Positions 31,192 through 51,295 are shown, counted from the first letter of the stretch. The stretch: 64,000 nucleotides of DNA from Myxococcales bacterium (GCA_050118535.1 JASFKR010000005.1:5199-69198); one strand, 5' to 3'. Numbers and translations: made by a program. The notes: generated by a model not told the origin, from the letters alone.

Positions 31192-32606
31192 GCGGGGATC
31201 CCAACACCGCGGATCTCCACCACGGCGAGATCGCCAACCTCGAGGACCTGATCGACCGCGAGTCCCTGCGGGAGGTCTGCCGGTCGTTTTTCGATCTCTT
31301 CGGGCTGTCGATCCGCGTCTTTTCGGCGCGGGGCAGCCTGCTGGCCAACGTGCACGAGGAGCGCAGCGTCTGTCGCTACGTCAACAGCCTGCCCAAGGGA
31401 CGCACCGCCTGCGCGACCACGGTGGGCGAAGTGCAGGTCCTGGTCCCCACGGAGGGCACCGTGGTGCATCCGTGCTTCACCGGCGCCGTCTATCACGTGG
31501 TGCCCATAGTCTACGACGACCGACAGCTCGGCCGCTTCGTGCTCGGCCCGTTCGTGCCCAGCGACGTGGACCAGGCGCCGCAGACCCTGCTGACCATCGA
31601 TCCGGGCGTCAAGCGCGACCGGGCGGAGGCCGCGCTGCGCGAGATGCCGCGCGTTCGGCCCGAGACCGCCGAGCGGATCGCCAGTCACCTGCGCGGGGTG
31701 CTCGACCTGATCCTCTTCTCGGGTCACCGCGCGCACCTGACCAGCGCGATGCACCTGGCCACGGTGCGAGAGAACTACCGCGAGCTCGCGGAGAAGAATG
31801 CACGACTGCAGGAGGCCTACGACAAGCTCAAGGAGCTCGATCGCCTCAAATCCAACTTCCTGGCCACCGTCAGCCACGAGCTGCGCACGCCCCTGACCTC
31901 GATCATCGGCTACTCCGAGATGCTGCAGGCCGGCATCGCCGGCGACATGACCGAGGAGCAGAACGGTTTCGTGGAGACCATCCGCACCAAGGGCGAGCTG
32001 CTGCTGAGCCTGATCACGAGCCTGCTCGATTTGAACAAGCTCGAGCGCGGCCAGCTCTCGGTGGATCCCGAACAGGTCGACCCCCGGGCGGTGCTGGCCG
32101 AGGTCAAGGAGACCTACCTGCCCGAGGCAGAGAAGAAGAAGATCACCCTGCAGGTGGAGTGCGGCGATGACGTGCCCTTCGTGCATGCCGACCCGGTGCG
32201 CCTGCGTCAGATCCTGATCAACCTGGCGGGCAACGCGATGAAGTTCACGCCCGACGGCGGTACGGTGAGCATGTCGGCGGTGGTCACCGAGATGACCATG
32301 AACGACGACGAGGACGAGGAAGAAGGCTTCGGCGCGGCCCTGATGATGGCGCCGGAGCCGGCGGTCGAGTTCAAGGTGCAGGACACGGGCATCGGCATGG
32401 CCGACGGCGAGCTCGAAAAGATCTTCGACGCCTTCTACCAGGTGGACGGAAGCTCCACGCGAGAGTTCGGTGGCGCGGGGCTGGGCCTGGCCATCGCCCG
32501 CAACCTGGTCGACGCCCACCACGGCATCCTGCGCGTGGAGAGCGAGCTGGGCAAGGGCACCAGCTTCTACGTGACCATCCCGCAGCAGGCGCCCGACGGC
32601 GAGTGA
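31188..32606 (+). CDS. Sensor histidine kinase with N-terminal PocR-type sensory domain
   Basis: ATGA overlap with the GTPase gene. PocR-like Cys pattern (SVCRYVNSLPKGRTACATT...VHPCFTGAVYHVVPIVYDDRQLGRFVLGPF). HisKA SHELRTPLTSIIGYSEML. HATPase_c N/G boxes (NLAGNAMKFT, DTGIGM, GGAGLGLAI). No obvious TM segment. Confidence 0.85.
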   Translation: MSGDPNTADLHHGEIANLEDLIDRESLREVCRSFFDLFGLSIRVFSARGSLLANVHEERSVCRYVNSLPKGRTACATTVGEVQVLVPTEGTVVHPCFTGAVYHVVPIVYDDRQLGRFVLGPFVPSDVDQAPQTLLTIDPGVKRDRAEAALREMPRVRPETAERIASHLRGVLDLILFSGHRAHLTSAMHLATVRENYRELAEKNARLQEAYDKLKELDRLKSNFLATVSHELRTPLTSIIGYSEMLQAGIAGDMTEEQNGFVETIRTKGELLLSLITSLLDLNKLERGQLSVDPEQVDPRAVLAEVKETYLPEAEKKKITLQVECGDDVPFVHADPVRLRQILINLAGNAMKFTPDGGTVSMSAVVTEMTMNDDEDEEEGFGAALMMAPEPAVEFKVQDTGIGMADGELEKIFDAFYQVDGSSTREFGGAGLGLAIARNLVDAHHGILRVESELGKGTSFYVTIPQQAPDGE

Positions 32607-32646
32607 GCCTGCTGGCAACCGCGGCTGCCGGCGGTAAGCTGGAGCC

Positions 32647-33591
32647 GTGGCTGGCGAGTTCGAACGCATCGCGGAAATCCGGCGGCGCTTGGGCGACGCG
32701 GGCGACGGGCTGCTGGTGGGCAACGGCGACGACGCGGCCGTGCTGGCCGCGAGCGCACACCCGACGGTGGTGAGCGTCGACACGGTCGTGCAGGGCGTGC
32801 ACTTCGATCTGGATCTGTGCGAGCCCGCCGACGTGGGCTACCGCGCCTTCGCCGGCGCCCTGAGCGACCTGGCCGCCATGGGAGCGAGCCCGCGCGCGGC
32901 GGTGGTGGCCCTGATCGCGCCAGCCGACATGGACGAGTCGGTGCTCTACGGCATCGCCGACGGTTTCGCCGCCGGACAGCGCGACTTCGGCGCGCCGGTG
33001 GTGGGCGGCAACCTGGCCTCGGGGGGCGAGCTGTCGGTGAGCACGACGGTGCTGGGCGAGCTTTCGGGTGAGGCCCTGCGGCGCGACGGCGTGCGGCCCG
33101 GCGATACCCTGTACGTCACGGGCGAGGTGGGAGCGGCCGCGGCCGGCCTGCAGGCGCTGCTCGCCGGCCGCCCCGAGCTGGGGCCCGAGTGCGTCGCGCG
33201 CTGGCGCCGACCCCGACCGCGGCTGCAGGTGGGGCTTTCGCTGCGTGGCCGGGCCACGGCGGCGGTGGACATCTCCGACGGGTTGCTGTCGGACCTGGGC
33301 CACCTGGCCGAGGCCTCCGGCGTGGGCTTCGAGGTGCAGGTGGAGCGGCTTCCGGTGGCGGGCTGCGCGCGGCGGGTGGCCGCGGCCCTCGGGCTCGATG
33401 CCCGGACCCTGTCGCTGACGGGCGGCGAGGACTACGAGCTGCTGTTCACGGCCGAGCAGTCGGTGGATCCGGCGCTGGGCACCCCCATCGGCCAGGCGGT
33501 GGCCGCGCCGGGGCTGCGCCTGCTCGACGCCGGGGGCCGACCGGTGCCCATGCCCGCGCGCGCCGGCTTCGACCACTTCAGGCGCGACTGA
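32647..33591 (+). CDS. thiL: Thiamine-monophosphate kinase
   Basis: GTG start. GDDAAVL, VVSVDTVVQGVHF, GGNL, DISDGLLSDLGHL, GGEDYELLFT. Confidence 0.85.
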   Translation: MAGEFERIAEIRRRLGDAGDGLLVGNGDDAAVLAASAHPTVVSVDTVVQGVHFDLDLCEPADVGYRAFAGALSDLAAMGASPRAAVVALIAPADMDESVLYGIADGFAAGQRDFGAPVVGGNLASGGELSVSTTVLGELSGEALRRDGVRPGDTLYVTGEVGAAAAGLQALLAGRPELGPECVARWRRPRPRLQVGLSLRGRATAAVDISDGLLSDLGHLAEASGVGFEVQVERLPVAGCARRVAAALGLDARTLSLTGGEDYELLFTAEQSVDPALGTPIGQAVAAPGLRLLDAGGRPVPMPARAGFDHFRRD

Positions 33592-33639
33592 GCACTTTCG
33601 CCGCGTCGCCTGCTGTCCTATGTATCTGCGAGAGGACCG

Positions 33640-34397
33640 GTGGACCCGAAATCGCTGAAATCACTGCTCGAGCGCGTCGCTCGCGGCGAGACCGACACGG
33701 ACGCGGCCCTTACGGAGCTGCGCGACCTGCCCTTCAAGGACCTGGGCTACGCGTCGGTGGATAACCACCGGGCCCTGCGCGTGGGCATCCCCGAGGTGGT
33801 CTTCGGGGCCGGCAAGACGCTGGCGCAGCTCGAGGGCATCGTGGGAGAGATCGACGGGCGCGGCCAGGACGTGCTGATTACGCGCCTGGGCGAGCCCGAG
33901 GGGCGCGCCCTGGAGGAGCGCTTCGAGGGACTGCGCTTCGACCCGGTCTCGCGCACGGCGACGCTCACCCGCAAGCCGCCACGGATCCGCGGGAGCGGCA
34001 CCATCGCCGTGGTCACCGGCGGCACCAGCGACATCCCCGTGGCCGAGGAGGCGGCGGTCACGGCCGCGATCCTGGGCAACGAGGTGAGCCGCCTGTACGA
34101 CGTGGGGGTCGCCGGCGTGCACCGGCTGCTGAGCCGCCGGGCCGTGCTCGACGCGGCGAGCGTGGTGATCGTGGTGGCCGGCATGGAGGGCGCGCTCGCC
34201 AGCGTGGTGGGCGGTTTGGTGGACAAGCCGGTGATCGCCGTGCCCACCTCGGTCGGCTACGGCGCGAGCCTGGGTGGGATCGCGGCGCTGCTGACCATGC
34301 TCAACAGCTGCGCGTCGGGCGTGACGGTGGTCAACATCGACAACGGCTTCGGGGCTGCCTACGCGGCGACGCTGATCAACCGGATGGGGATGGACTG

Positions 34398-34398
<1 letters not shown>
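33640..34398 (+). CDS. larB: Nickel-pincer cofactor biosynthesis protein LarB (PurE-like NaAD carboxylase/hydrolase)
   Basis: GTG start. N-terminal DxxRxxRxG-type segment VDNHRALRVGIPEVVFG. PurE-like VVTGGTSDIPVAEEA and VVAGMEGALASVVGG. Confidence 0.8.
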
Positions 34399-35708
<1,310 letters not shown>

Positions 35709-35789
35709 GCGGCTTCGCTCTGCTCGCAGCCACCCCTGTCCTGCCCTCCCCTCGCTTGCAGCCCGGCCCGGCCCGGCTAACATGGGTCA

Positions 35790-36449
35790 ATGACCGGGGG
35801 TGAGCGCGTCGAACGCGTCGGCCTGATCGGCGATGTGCACACCGAGCGAGACAGACTCGCGTTGGCGCTGCGCTTTTTGAGCACCCAGAACGTCGATCGC
35901 CTCCTGTGCACCGGCGATCTGGCCGACGGCCCGGGAGACGGGGCGGACGTGGACGAGTGCGTCGCGCTGCTCGAGTCCCACGATGTGCTGACCGTCAGCG
36001 GCAACCATGACCGCTGGATCCGCGACCACGAGATGCGCGATCTGTCGGACGCCACCGAGCCCGACGAGATCGAACCCGAGACGGGCGACTACCTGGACCG
36101 GCTGCCCCAGACCATCGAGCTGTCGACCCCGGCGGGCCCGGCCTTGCTGTGCCACGGCCTCGGCAACGACGACATGGCCCTGGTGCAGCCCCACGACCAC
36201 GGCCACGCGCTCAACGACAACGCGCGATTGCAGGAGCTGCTGCGGGAGGGGCGCTACAGGTACGTGCTCAACGGCCACAGCCACCGGCCGATGGTGCGCA
36301 CCATCGACGGGCTCACCATCGTCAACGCCGGCACGCTGTACACGGGCCAGCGGCCCTGCGTGCTGGTCGTCGACTTCGGCGAAAAGCGGGTGACCTTCTT
36401 CGACATGGAAAGCCCGGAGCCCATCGAGAGCCGCACCGAGCCACTCTAG
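35790..36449 (+). CDS. Calcineurin-like metallophosphoesterase (YfcE/MJ0936-like)
   Basis: GLIGDVHTE, CTGDLADG, VSGNHD, NGHSH metal-ligand motifs in canonical order. Confidence 0.8.
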   Translation: MTGGERVERVGLIGDVHTERDRLALALRFLSTQNVDRLLCTGDLADGPGDGADVDECVALLESHDVLTVSGNHDRWIRDHEMRDLSDATEPDEIEPETGDYLDRLPQTIELSTPAGPALLCHGLGNDDMALVQPHDHGHALNDNARLQELLREGRYRYVLNGHSHRPMVRTIDGLTIVNAGTLYTGQRPCVLVVDFGEKRVTFFDMESPEPIESRTEPL

Positions 36450-36481
36450 CGCGCATCGTGGCTGGCCACGATGCGCGCTAG
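36446..36481. terminator. Perfect 17-bp inverted repeat (CTAGCGCGCATCGTGGC tg GCCACGATGCGCGCTAG); bidirectional terminator between convergent genes
   Basis: Read directly from the sequence. It includes the TAG stop of the phosphoesterase gene and lies 38 nt from the stop of the giant minus-strand ORF. A second small hairpin GCGCCtttGGCGC follows. Confidence 0.55.
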
Positions 36482-36519
36482 CTCGCGCCTTTGGCGCTCG
36501 AACGGCCTACGGCCAGAGC

Positions 36520-45969
<9,450 letters not shown>

Positions 45970-46197
45970 CCCCGGAGGCGCACCGACCCGTGGCGCCCCG
46001 TAAAAGTGGGTTTCCCAGCTTGTCTAAATGACACCGCGCGGGCCCCAAGTAAAGACGCGACGACATTTGACCACACCCGGTCAAGCGCTAGGTTTTCGAG
46101 GCTTTTCCAGATCCTCGTCAGAGGCCGGCCTTTTCCCTGGCGCCCGACCCATGAACAGGTGCGCCAATGTGCGCCCTCGACCGACACCTCCCGGCGC

Positions 46198-49100
46198 TCA
46201 GTCGGGACGACCGCGTCGCGGATCCACCTCCAGCCGGCGGATCATCTTCTGCAGCCCGTAGCGCGAGACGCCCAGCATCCGCGCGGCCCGCGTCTGGTTG
46301 CCGGACGCCGCGTCGAGCGCCTCGCGGATCAGCCGCCGCTCCAGCCGGTCCACCTGCGCCTTCAGATCCAGCGAGTCACCCTCCCCCGCGTCCCCATCCT
46401 GGAGCGCCGCCGAAAGGTGCTCCAGCTCGATGCGCCCCTCGGCCATCACCAGCGCCCGCCGCAGCTCGTTTTCCAGCTGCCGCACATTGCCCGGCCACGG
46501 GTGCGCCCGCAGCGCCGCAAGCGCCCGCGGCGACAGCTCCACCGCCCGCCCCTCGCCGTGCTTGTCGAGCAGGTGCCGCGCGAGGGCCTCCACGTCCCCC
46601 GGCCGCTCGCGCAGGGGCGGCAGCTCCAGCACCACCACCGCCAACCGGTAGTACAGGTCCTCGCGAAACTCCCCCGCGCGCACCATCGCCTCCAGGTCGC
46701 GGTGCGTCGCGGCGATCACGCGCACGTCCACCGTGCGGCTGCTCTCGGCGCCCACCGGCCGCACCTCGCCGTCCTGCAGCACGCGCAGCAGCCGCGTCTG
46801 CATCGCCGGTGACATCTCGGCGATCTCGTCCAAAAACAGCGTGCCCCCGTCGGCCACCTCGAACAGCCCCTGGCGCCTGCGGTCCGCCCCGGTGAACGCC
46901 CCCCGCACGTGGCCGAAGAGCGTGCTCTCCAGCAGCGGCTCCGGGATCGCGCCACAGTTCTCGCCCACGAACGGCCCGCGCACGCGATCGCTGCGCGCGT
47001 GCAGCGCGCGCGCGATCAGCTCCTTGCCCGTGCCGCTCTCGCCGCGGATCAGCACCGGCACCGTCGCGGGCCCCACCTTCCGCACCATCCCCAGCACCCG
47101 CTGCATCGCCGCGCTCTCGCCCACGATCCCCTGCAGCCCCTCGTCCTGCTCACCCTGCACGCGCTTGAGGCTCTCGAGCTCCACCGCCTGCGCCTCGACC
47201 CGCCGCGCCAGCCGCTTGCGCGCCACCGACAGCCGCCGCGCCGCCCGCCGCTCCGCCCGCAGGCTCTCGGCCGAGTCCAGGGCGATGCCCGCCAGGTCCG
47301 AGAGATCCCCCACCAGCGAAAGCTCCAGCTCCCCGAAGGCGAACGGCCGCAGCCGGTCCTCCAGGTAGATCGCCCCCCGCACCTCCCCGCGAATCCGCAG
47401 CGGCACCGCCAGCACCGAGCGCAGCGACAGCGCGTGCACGCTGGCCACCCCCGACAGCCGCTCGTCCGCCGCGGCATCCACCGTGCTCAGGGGCCGGCCG
47501 CTGCCCAGCACGCGCGAGACGATCGACCGCGACAGGGCCATCTCCGGCCCGCGCAGCGCCTCCCGGCTGAGCCCGCGCCCGGCCCGCACCCGCGGCCGTC
47601 CGTCCGGCGCGCGCAGCACCAGGTAGCCACACTCCGCGCCCGACAGCTCGAGCGCCGCGTCGAGCACGATCTCGTGAATGCGCCCCGGCCGCCGCTCCGC
47701 GCCCAGCCGCTTGGCCGTGCCCGCAAGCTCCTGCCAGCGCCCGTCGACCCCCGCACCGCCCGCGGACCCCTGCGCGGGCTCGCCGGCCCGCGGCACCGCC
47801 TCGAACGCCGCCCGGTAGGCGTCGACCGCCCGCAGCCGCGCCCGATCGGCCGCGTCCAGGCTGCGCGCCGCCTCGTCGAGCAGCCCCCGCACACGCGACA
47901 AGTGCTCGCCCGCCCGCGCCGGCTCCCCCGCCGCCCGCGCCGCCCGCGCCGCCAGGAGCAGCGCCCGCAGGCGCCCGTCGAAGGTGCCCTCGTGCTCCGC
48001 CAGGGCCAGCGCCGCGGTGGCGGCCGACAGCCCCTCGCCCGTACGCCCCTGCGCCAGCTCGAACATCGCCCGCGCCAGGGCCTGCTCCAGCTCGGCGGGG
48101 CGGCTGTCGGCGGCCGCCAGCGCCCCGGCGCTCGCCTCGAGCCGGCGCCGCGCCGCGGCCGCCTTGCCCAGCCCGACCTCCACCGCGGCGGCTCGCCCCG
48201 CACAGGTCGCCGCCACCGCGGGCGGCAACGCATCGGGCCCCGGCAACTTCGCGAGCGCGCGCGCCGCGGCCTTGCGATCGCCCCGCGTCAGGGCCAGCTC
48301 CGCGCCCAGGCAGTCCAGGTACGCGAGGCCCACCGCGTCCCCCGCCGCCCCGCTCGCCGCCCGCGCCCGCGGCAGCGTGTCGGCCGCCAGCTCACCGCTG
48401 CCGATCAGGTGCGCGGCGTAGGCCAAGTTGTAGAGCACGCGCCCCACGTCCGCCTCGCGCCCCAGCCGCGACAGTCGCCGCGCCGCCTCGCGCAGGGCCG
48501 CGATCGCCGGCCCCGGCTCGCCGCAGTCCAGCCGTTGCGCGCCCACGTTGTGCAGGAAGCTGGCCGCCGCGTGCCGCTCGCCCGCCGCGTCGGCCAGCTC
48601 GAAGGCCCGGGCGAAGAGCCGCGCGGCGCCGTGCACGTCGCCGTCGGCGCGCGCCACCTGCGCCTGCAGCGAGCGCAGCCGCGCCTCGGCCGCCCGCTCG
48701 CCGTGCCGCGCCGCCCGCTCGCAGCCCTCGCGCAACAGCGCCGCCGCCGCGTCCCCCTCGCCACCGTACAGCGCGCACAGCGCGAGCAGCTCCGTCCCCC
48801 GCAGGGCGACCTCCGCCACCGGGGCCTCCGCCGCCACCCGCGCCAGCTCGCGCGCCGCCTGCAGCTCCCCCCGATCGAACGCCAACCGCGCGCGCACCGC
48901 CGCAGCCGCCGGACTGTCCTTCGCGGCGCGGGCGTCGGCGTCGGCCTGCTCGGCCCGCCCCGCGAGCCGGTGCAGCTCAGCACGCAAGGCCAGCGCCTCG
49001 GGCGTGCGCTCGCCCTCCAGCAGCGACAGCGCCTCCGGGTAGCGCCCCAGGGCGCGCAGGGCATCCGCCTGCGAAAGCAGCGACCCGTCGTCCTCGTCGT

Positions 49101-51027
49101 CGCCGAGCAGTGCCCGCGCCGCCACCGCCAGCGACAGCCGCCGCGCCTGCTGCCCCGCGCGCCGCAGCCGCTCCAGCTCGTCGGCCGCAAGCGCCCGCCC
49201 CCGCGCCACATCGCCCTCGGCCGCCGCCAGCGACACCCGAGCGCGCGCGTCGAGGGCGTCCTGACCCAGCCCGTGCGCGAGCTCGGTGAGCCGCGCCGCC
49301 GGCAGCGCATCCAGCACCGCGCTCCGCACATCGCTGCGCAGGGCCAGCGCCTCGCCCCGGGAGCTGGCGACCCCGGCCGAGAGCAGCGCCGCAGCGCCCG
49401 CCGCCGCCTCGGCGTCCGGCAAGAGCCCCGACACCTGCGCCCGCGTCAGCCCCTCGCCGTGCAGCGACAGCAGCTCCGAAAGCCGCGCCGCCTCCACCGT
49501 CAGGCCCGAAAGCTCCTGCTCGGCGGCGCCGGCGTGCTGCCGCAGGGCGCCGGCCTGCGCCGGATCGTCGCCCGCGCCCAGGCACGTGGACAGCAGCCGA
49601 CACAGGCGCCCGGCCAGCCCCCCGCTCACCTCCATCGCCTCGCGCAGCAGCCGCGGCGTCACGCGCACCCCCGGCAGCGCCCGCTCGAGCAGCTTGCGCA
49701 CCGCGCCCTCGGGCAGCGGCGAGAGCTCCACCGTGCGCTCCGGCGGCAACGGCGAGACCGGCGCCTCCACCACCAGCCACAGCGCCACGCCCTCCACCGC
49801 CGCGGCCTGCTGCACGGCCTCGAGCTGGGAGGGGTCCGGCGCGTCCGCCGCGGTCAGGTGCAGGATCGTGTCGACCCCCAGCGGCCCCTCGGGCAGACGC
49901 GTCACGCGCCGGTAGGTGGGCGGCCTGCGGTCGGCGCGGGCGCGGGCGAGCTGCAGGCGCAGCACCCCCTCCCGCGAAAGCCGCGTACGACCCGCGCCGG
50001 CCGGCCCCGCCACGGCCACCGCCCCCGGCTCCAGCAACAGCTCCCCGAGCCGCTCCAGCGCATCGGCCTGACCCGACAGGGGCAACGCCTCCACGGCGCG
50101 GGCGCGCTCGGTCGCGGTGGGCGAGTCATCGGCGCCCCCGCCCACCGAACCCGCCGCAAAGGAAAGCCCGCGCTCCTGAGCCATGGCCGTGAGCCGGGCC
50201 GCCACCTCGCCGGCGGCGGGACGCAGCGTCGGGTCCGGCTCGAGCATCGCCTCGACCAGGCGCGACAGGGCGCGCGGCGTGGCCTCCGGCAGCGGCTCGC
50301 GCTCCGACGGCGGCGACAGCGCCTGTTGCAAGAGCTCCCGAACCGAGCGGGTGCCCGAAGCCGGCGCGGGCCGACCCATCAGCAGGGCCCGCAGGGTCAT
50401 CCCCAGGGCGAAGACGTCCGCCTCGGGCCCACGCTCGCCGCGGTAGGCTTCGGGCGCCATGAAGCCGGGCGTCCCGGCAGCGACCGCCCGCCGCCCCGCG
50501 GCGGCCTCGGTGGCCAGCCCGAAATCGACCAGCTTCACGCCCTCGCCCGATTCGGAGACCACCAGGTTGTCGGGCTTGACGTCCCCGTGGGCCAGCCCGG
50601 CCCGGTGCAGCGCCCACAGGGCCGTCGCCGCCCCGGCGCCCACCCGCAACGTCAGATCCACGCGCGCCGAGTCGTCGCGCAGCGCCGCGGCCGCCAGCTC
50701 ACCGGCCGGACGCCCCTCCGCCAGCTCGCTGACCAGCGCGGCGCCGCCGGGCGGCACGTCGAAGCCGCCCACCGGCCCCTCCACCTGCAGCAGCTCGAAG
50801 ACCCGCGGCAGGGCCGGGTGGGAAAGGCGGGTGAGCACCCCCAGCTCCCAGCGAAGCCGGGCCGCCTCGGGCGCGGCCACCAGCTTGATCGCCCGGGGCG
50901 CGTCGCCCTCGGCCACGTCCCGGGCCAGCACCACGCGCCCGGCCGCCCCCCGCCCCAGCTCCCGCTCGAACCGGTAGCGCCCCGCGAGCAACGGCTCCCC
51001 TGCCAACGGAGTTGCCTCCCCTTCCAT
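46198..51027 (-). CDS. Multidomain regulator: Ser/Thr protein kinase - degenerate P-loop (STAND/AAA-like) - long TPR-like Ala-rich region - GAF - sigma54-interaction AAA+ - Fis-type HTH
   Basis: ORF 46198..51144. I prefer the ATG at 51027 (MEGEATPLAGEPLLAGRYRFEREL) because the 39 upstream codons are A/T-ending and atypical. Kinase: GRGAAGRV, AIKLV, HGDVKPDN, DFG, APE. GPAGAGRT at 49984-50007. GAF at about 47250-47680. GESGTGKE, GAFTGA (46885-46902), ESELFGH-like and RERPGD. HTH GNQTRAARMLGVSRYGLQKMIRRL. Confidence 0.85.
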   Translation of the reverse strand: MEGEATPLAGEPLLAGRYRFERELGRGAAGRVVLARDVAEGDAPRAIKLVAAPEAARLRWELGVLTRLSHPALPRVFELLQVEGPVGGFDVPPGGAALVSELAEGRPAGELAAAALRDDSARVDLTLRVGAGAATALWALHRAGLAHGDVKPDNLVVSESGEGVKLVDFGLATEAAAGRRAVAAGTPGFMAPEAYRGERGPEADVFALGMTLRALLMGRPAPASGTRSVRELLQQALSPPSEREPLPEATPRALSRLVEAMLEPDPTLRPAAGEVAARLTAMAQERGLSFAAGSVGGGADDSPTATERARAVEALPLSGQADALERLGELLLEPGAVAVAGPAGAGRTRLSREGVLRLQLARARADRRPPTYRRVTRLPEGPLGVDTILHLTAADAPDPSQLEAVQQAAAVEGVALWLVVEAPVSPLPPERTVELSPLPEGAVRKLLERALPGVRVTPRLLREAMEVSGGLAGRLCRLLSTCLGAGDDPAQAGALRQHAGAAEQELSGLTVEAARLSELLSLHGEGLTRAQVSGLLPDAEAAAGAAALLSAGVASSRGEALALRSDVRSAVLDALPAARLTELAHGLGQDALDARARVSLAAAEGDVARGRALAADELERLRRAGQQARRLSLAVAARALLGDDEDDGSLLSQADALRALGRYPEALSLLEGERTPEALALRAELHRLAGRAEQADADARAAKDSPAAAAVRARLAFDRGELQAARELARVAAEAPVAEVALRGTELLALCALYGGEGDAAAALLREGCERAARHGERAAEARLRSLQAQVARADGDVHGAARLFARAFELADAAGERHAAASFLHNVGAQRLDCGEPGPAIAALREAARRLSRLGREADVGRVLYNLAYAAHLIGSGELAADTLPRARAASGAAGDAVGLAYLDCLGAELALTRGDRKAAARALAKLPGPDALPPAVAATCAGRAAAVEVGLGKAAAARRRLEASAGALAAADSRPAELEQALARAMFELAQGRTGEGLSAATAALALAEHEGTFDGRLRALLLAARAARAAGEPARAGEHLSRVRGLLDEAARSLDAADRARLRAVDAYRAAFEAVPRAGEPAQGSAGGAGVDGRWQELAGTAKRLGAERRPGRIHEIVLDAALELSGAECGYLVLRAPDGRPRVRAGRGLSREALRGPEMALSRSIVSRVLGSGRPLSTVDAAADERLSGVASVHALSLRSVLAVPLRIRGEVRGAIYLEDRLRPFAFGELELSLVGDLSDLAGIALDSAESLRAERRAARRLSVARKRLARRVEAQAVELESLKRVQGEQDEGLQGIVGESAAMQRVLGMVRKVGPATVPVLIRGESGTGKELIARALHARSDRVRGPFVGENCGAIPEPLLESTLFGHVRGAFTGADRRRQGLFEVADGGTLFLDEIAEMSPAMQTRLLRVLQDGEVRPVGAESSRTVDVRVIAATHRDLEAMVRAGEFREDLYYRLAVVVLELPPLRERPGDVEALARHLLDKHGEGRAVELSPRALAALRAHPWPGNVRQLENELRRALVMAEGRIELEHLSAALQDGDAGEGDSLDLKAQVDRLERRLIREALDAASGNQTRAARMLGVSRYGLQKMIRRLEVDPRRGRPD

Positions 51028-51150
51028 CCCTTTTGTGTCGCACTGAGACAGCAATTTTTCCAGCCGAGGCAACAGAGTTGCGCGATTTTGTGCAGGCCGG
51101 CGCCGGCGCCCTGGCGGACCCGGCCGGGTTGATTTCCGCCCCATGGGGCG

Positions 51151-51199
51151 GTATTTTCGGAATAAAAACTATCAAATTTGGTATTTTTCATTGTTCGAG
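51151..51199. promoter_or_regulatory. AT-rich island (gtattttcggaataaaaactatcaaatttggtatttttcattgttcgag) upstream of the kinase-EBP gene; likely promoter, UP or architectural-protein site
   Basis: About 50 bp of roughly 30% GC in a roughly 70% GC background, located 125-170 nt upstream of the preferred start (51027). No confident -35/-10 assignment. Confidence 0.35.
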
Positions 51200-51295
51200 T
51201 GCCCCCACCTCGCCAGCCGGCGGCGAGGGCCGTCCCGATCGAGCGCGGCGTCGGGCGCGGGCGTCCCGAGCCTCGACGTCGGCGGAGCTGCGGAG

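Noticed and set aside
32647-33591. ThiL-like gene as a substitute for the missing LarE in the lar cluster
   Set aside because: The sequence has the full ThiL/PurM-superfamily motif set and nothing resembling the PP-loop (SGGxDS) of LarE. Adjacency alone is insufficient.
46151-46167. Possible sigma54 (-24/-12) promoter between the kinase-EBP gene and the giant ORF: sense strand TGGCGC-acctg-TTCAT
   Set aside because: The -24 half matches TGGCAC 5 of 6, but the -12 element reads TTCA instead of TTGC, losing the invariant GC. My scan of the 228-bp spacer found no other GG-N10-GC match in a TGG...TTGC context. The EBP-target link therefore stays speculative.
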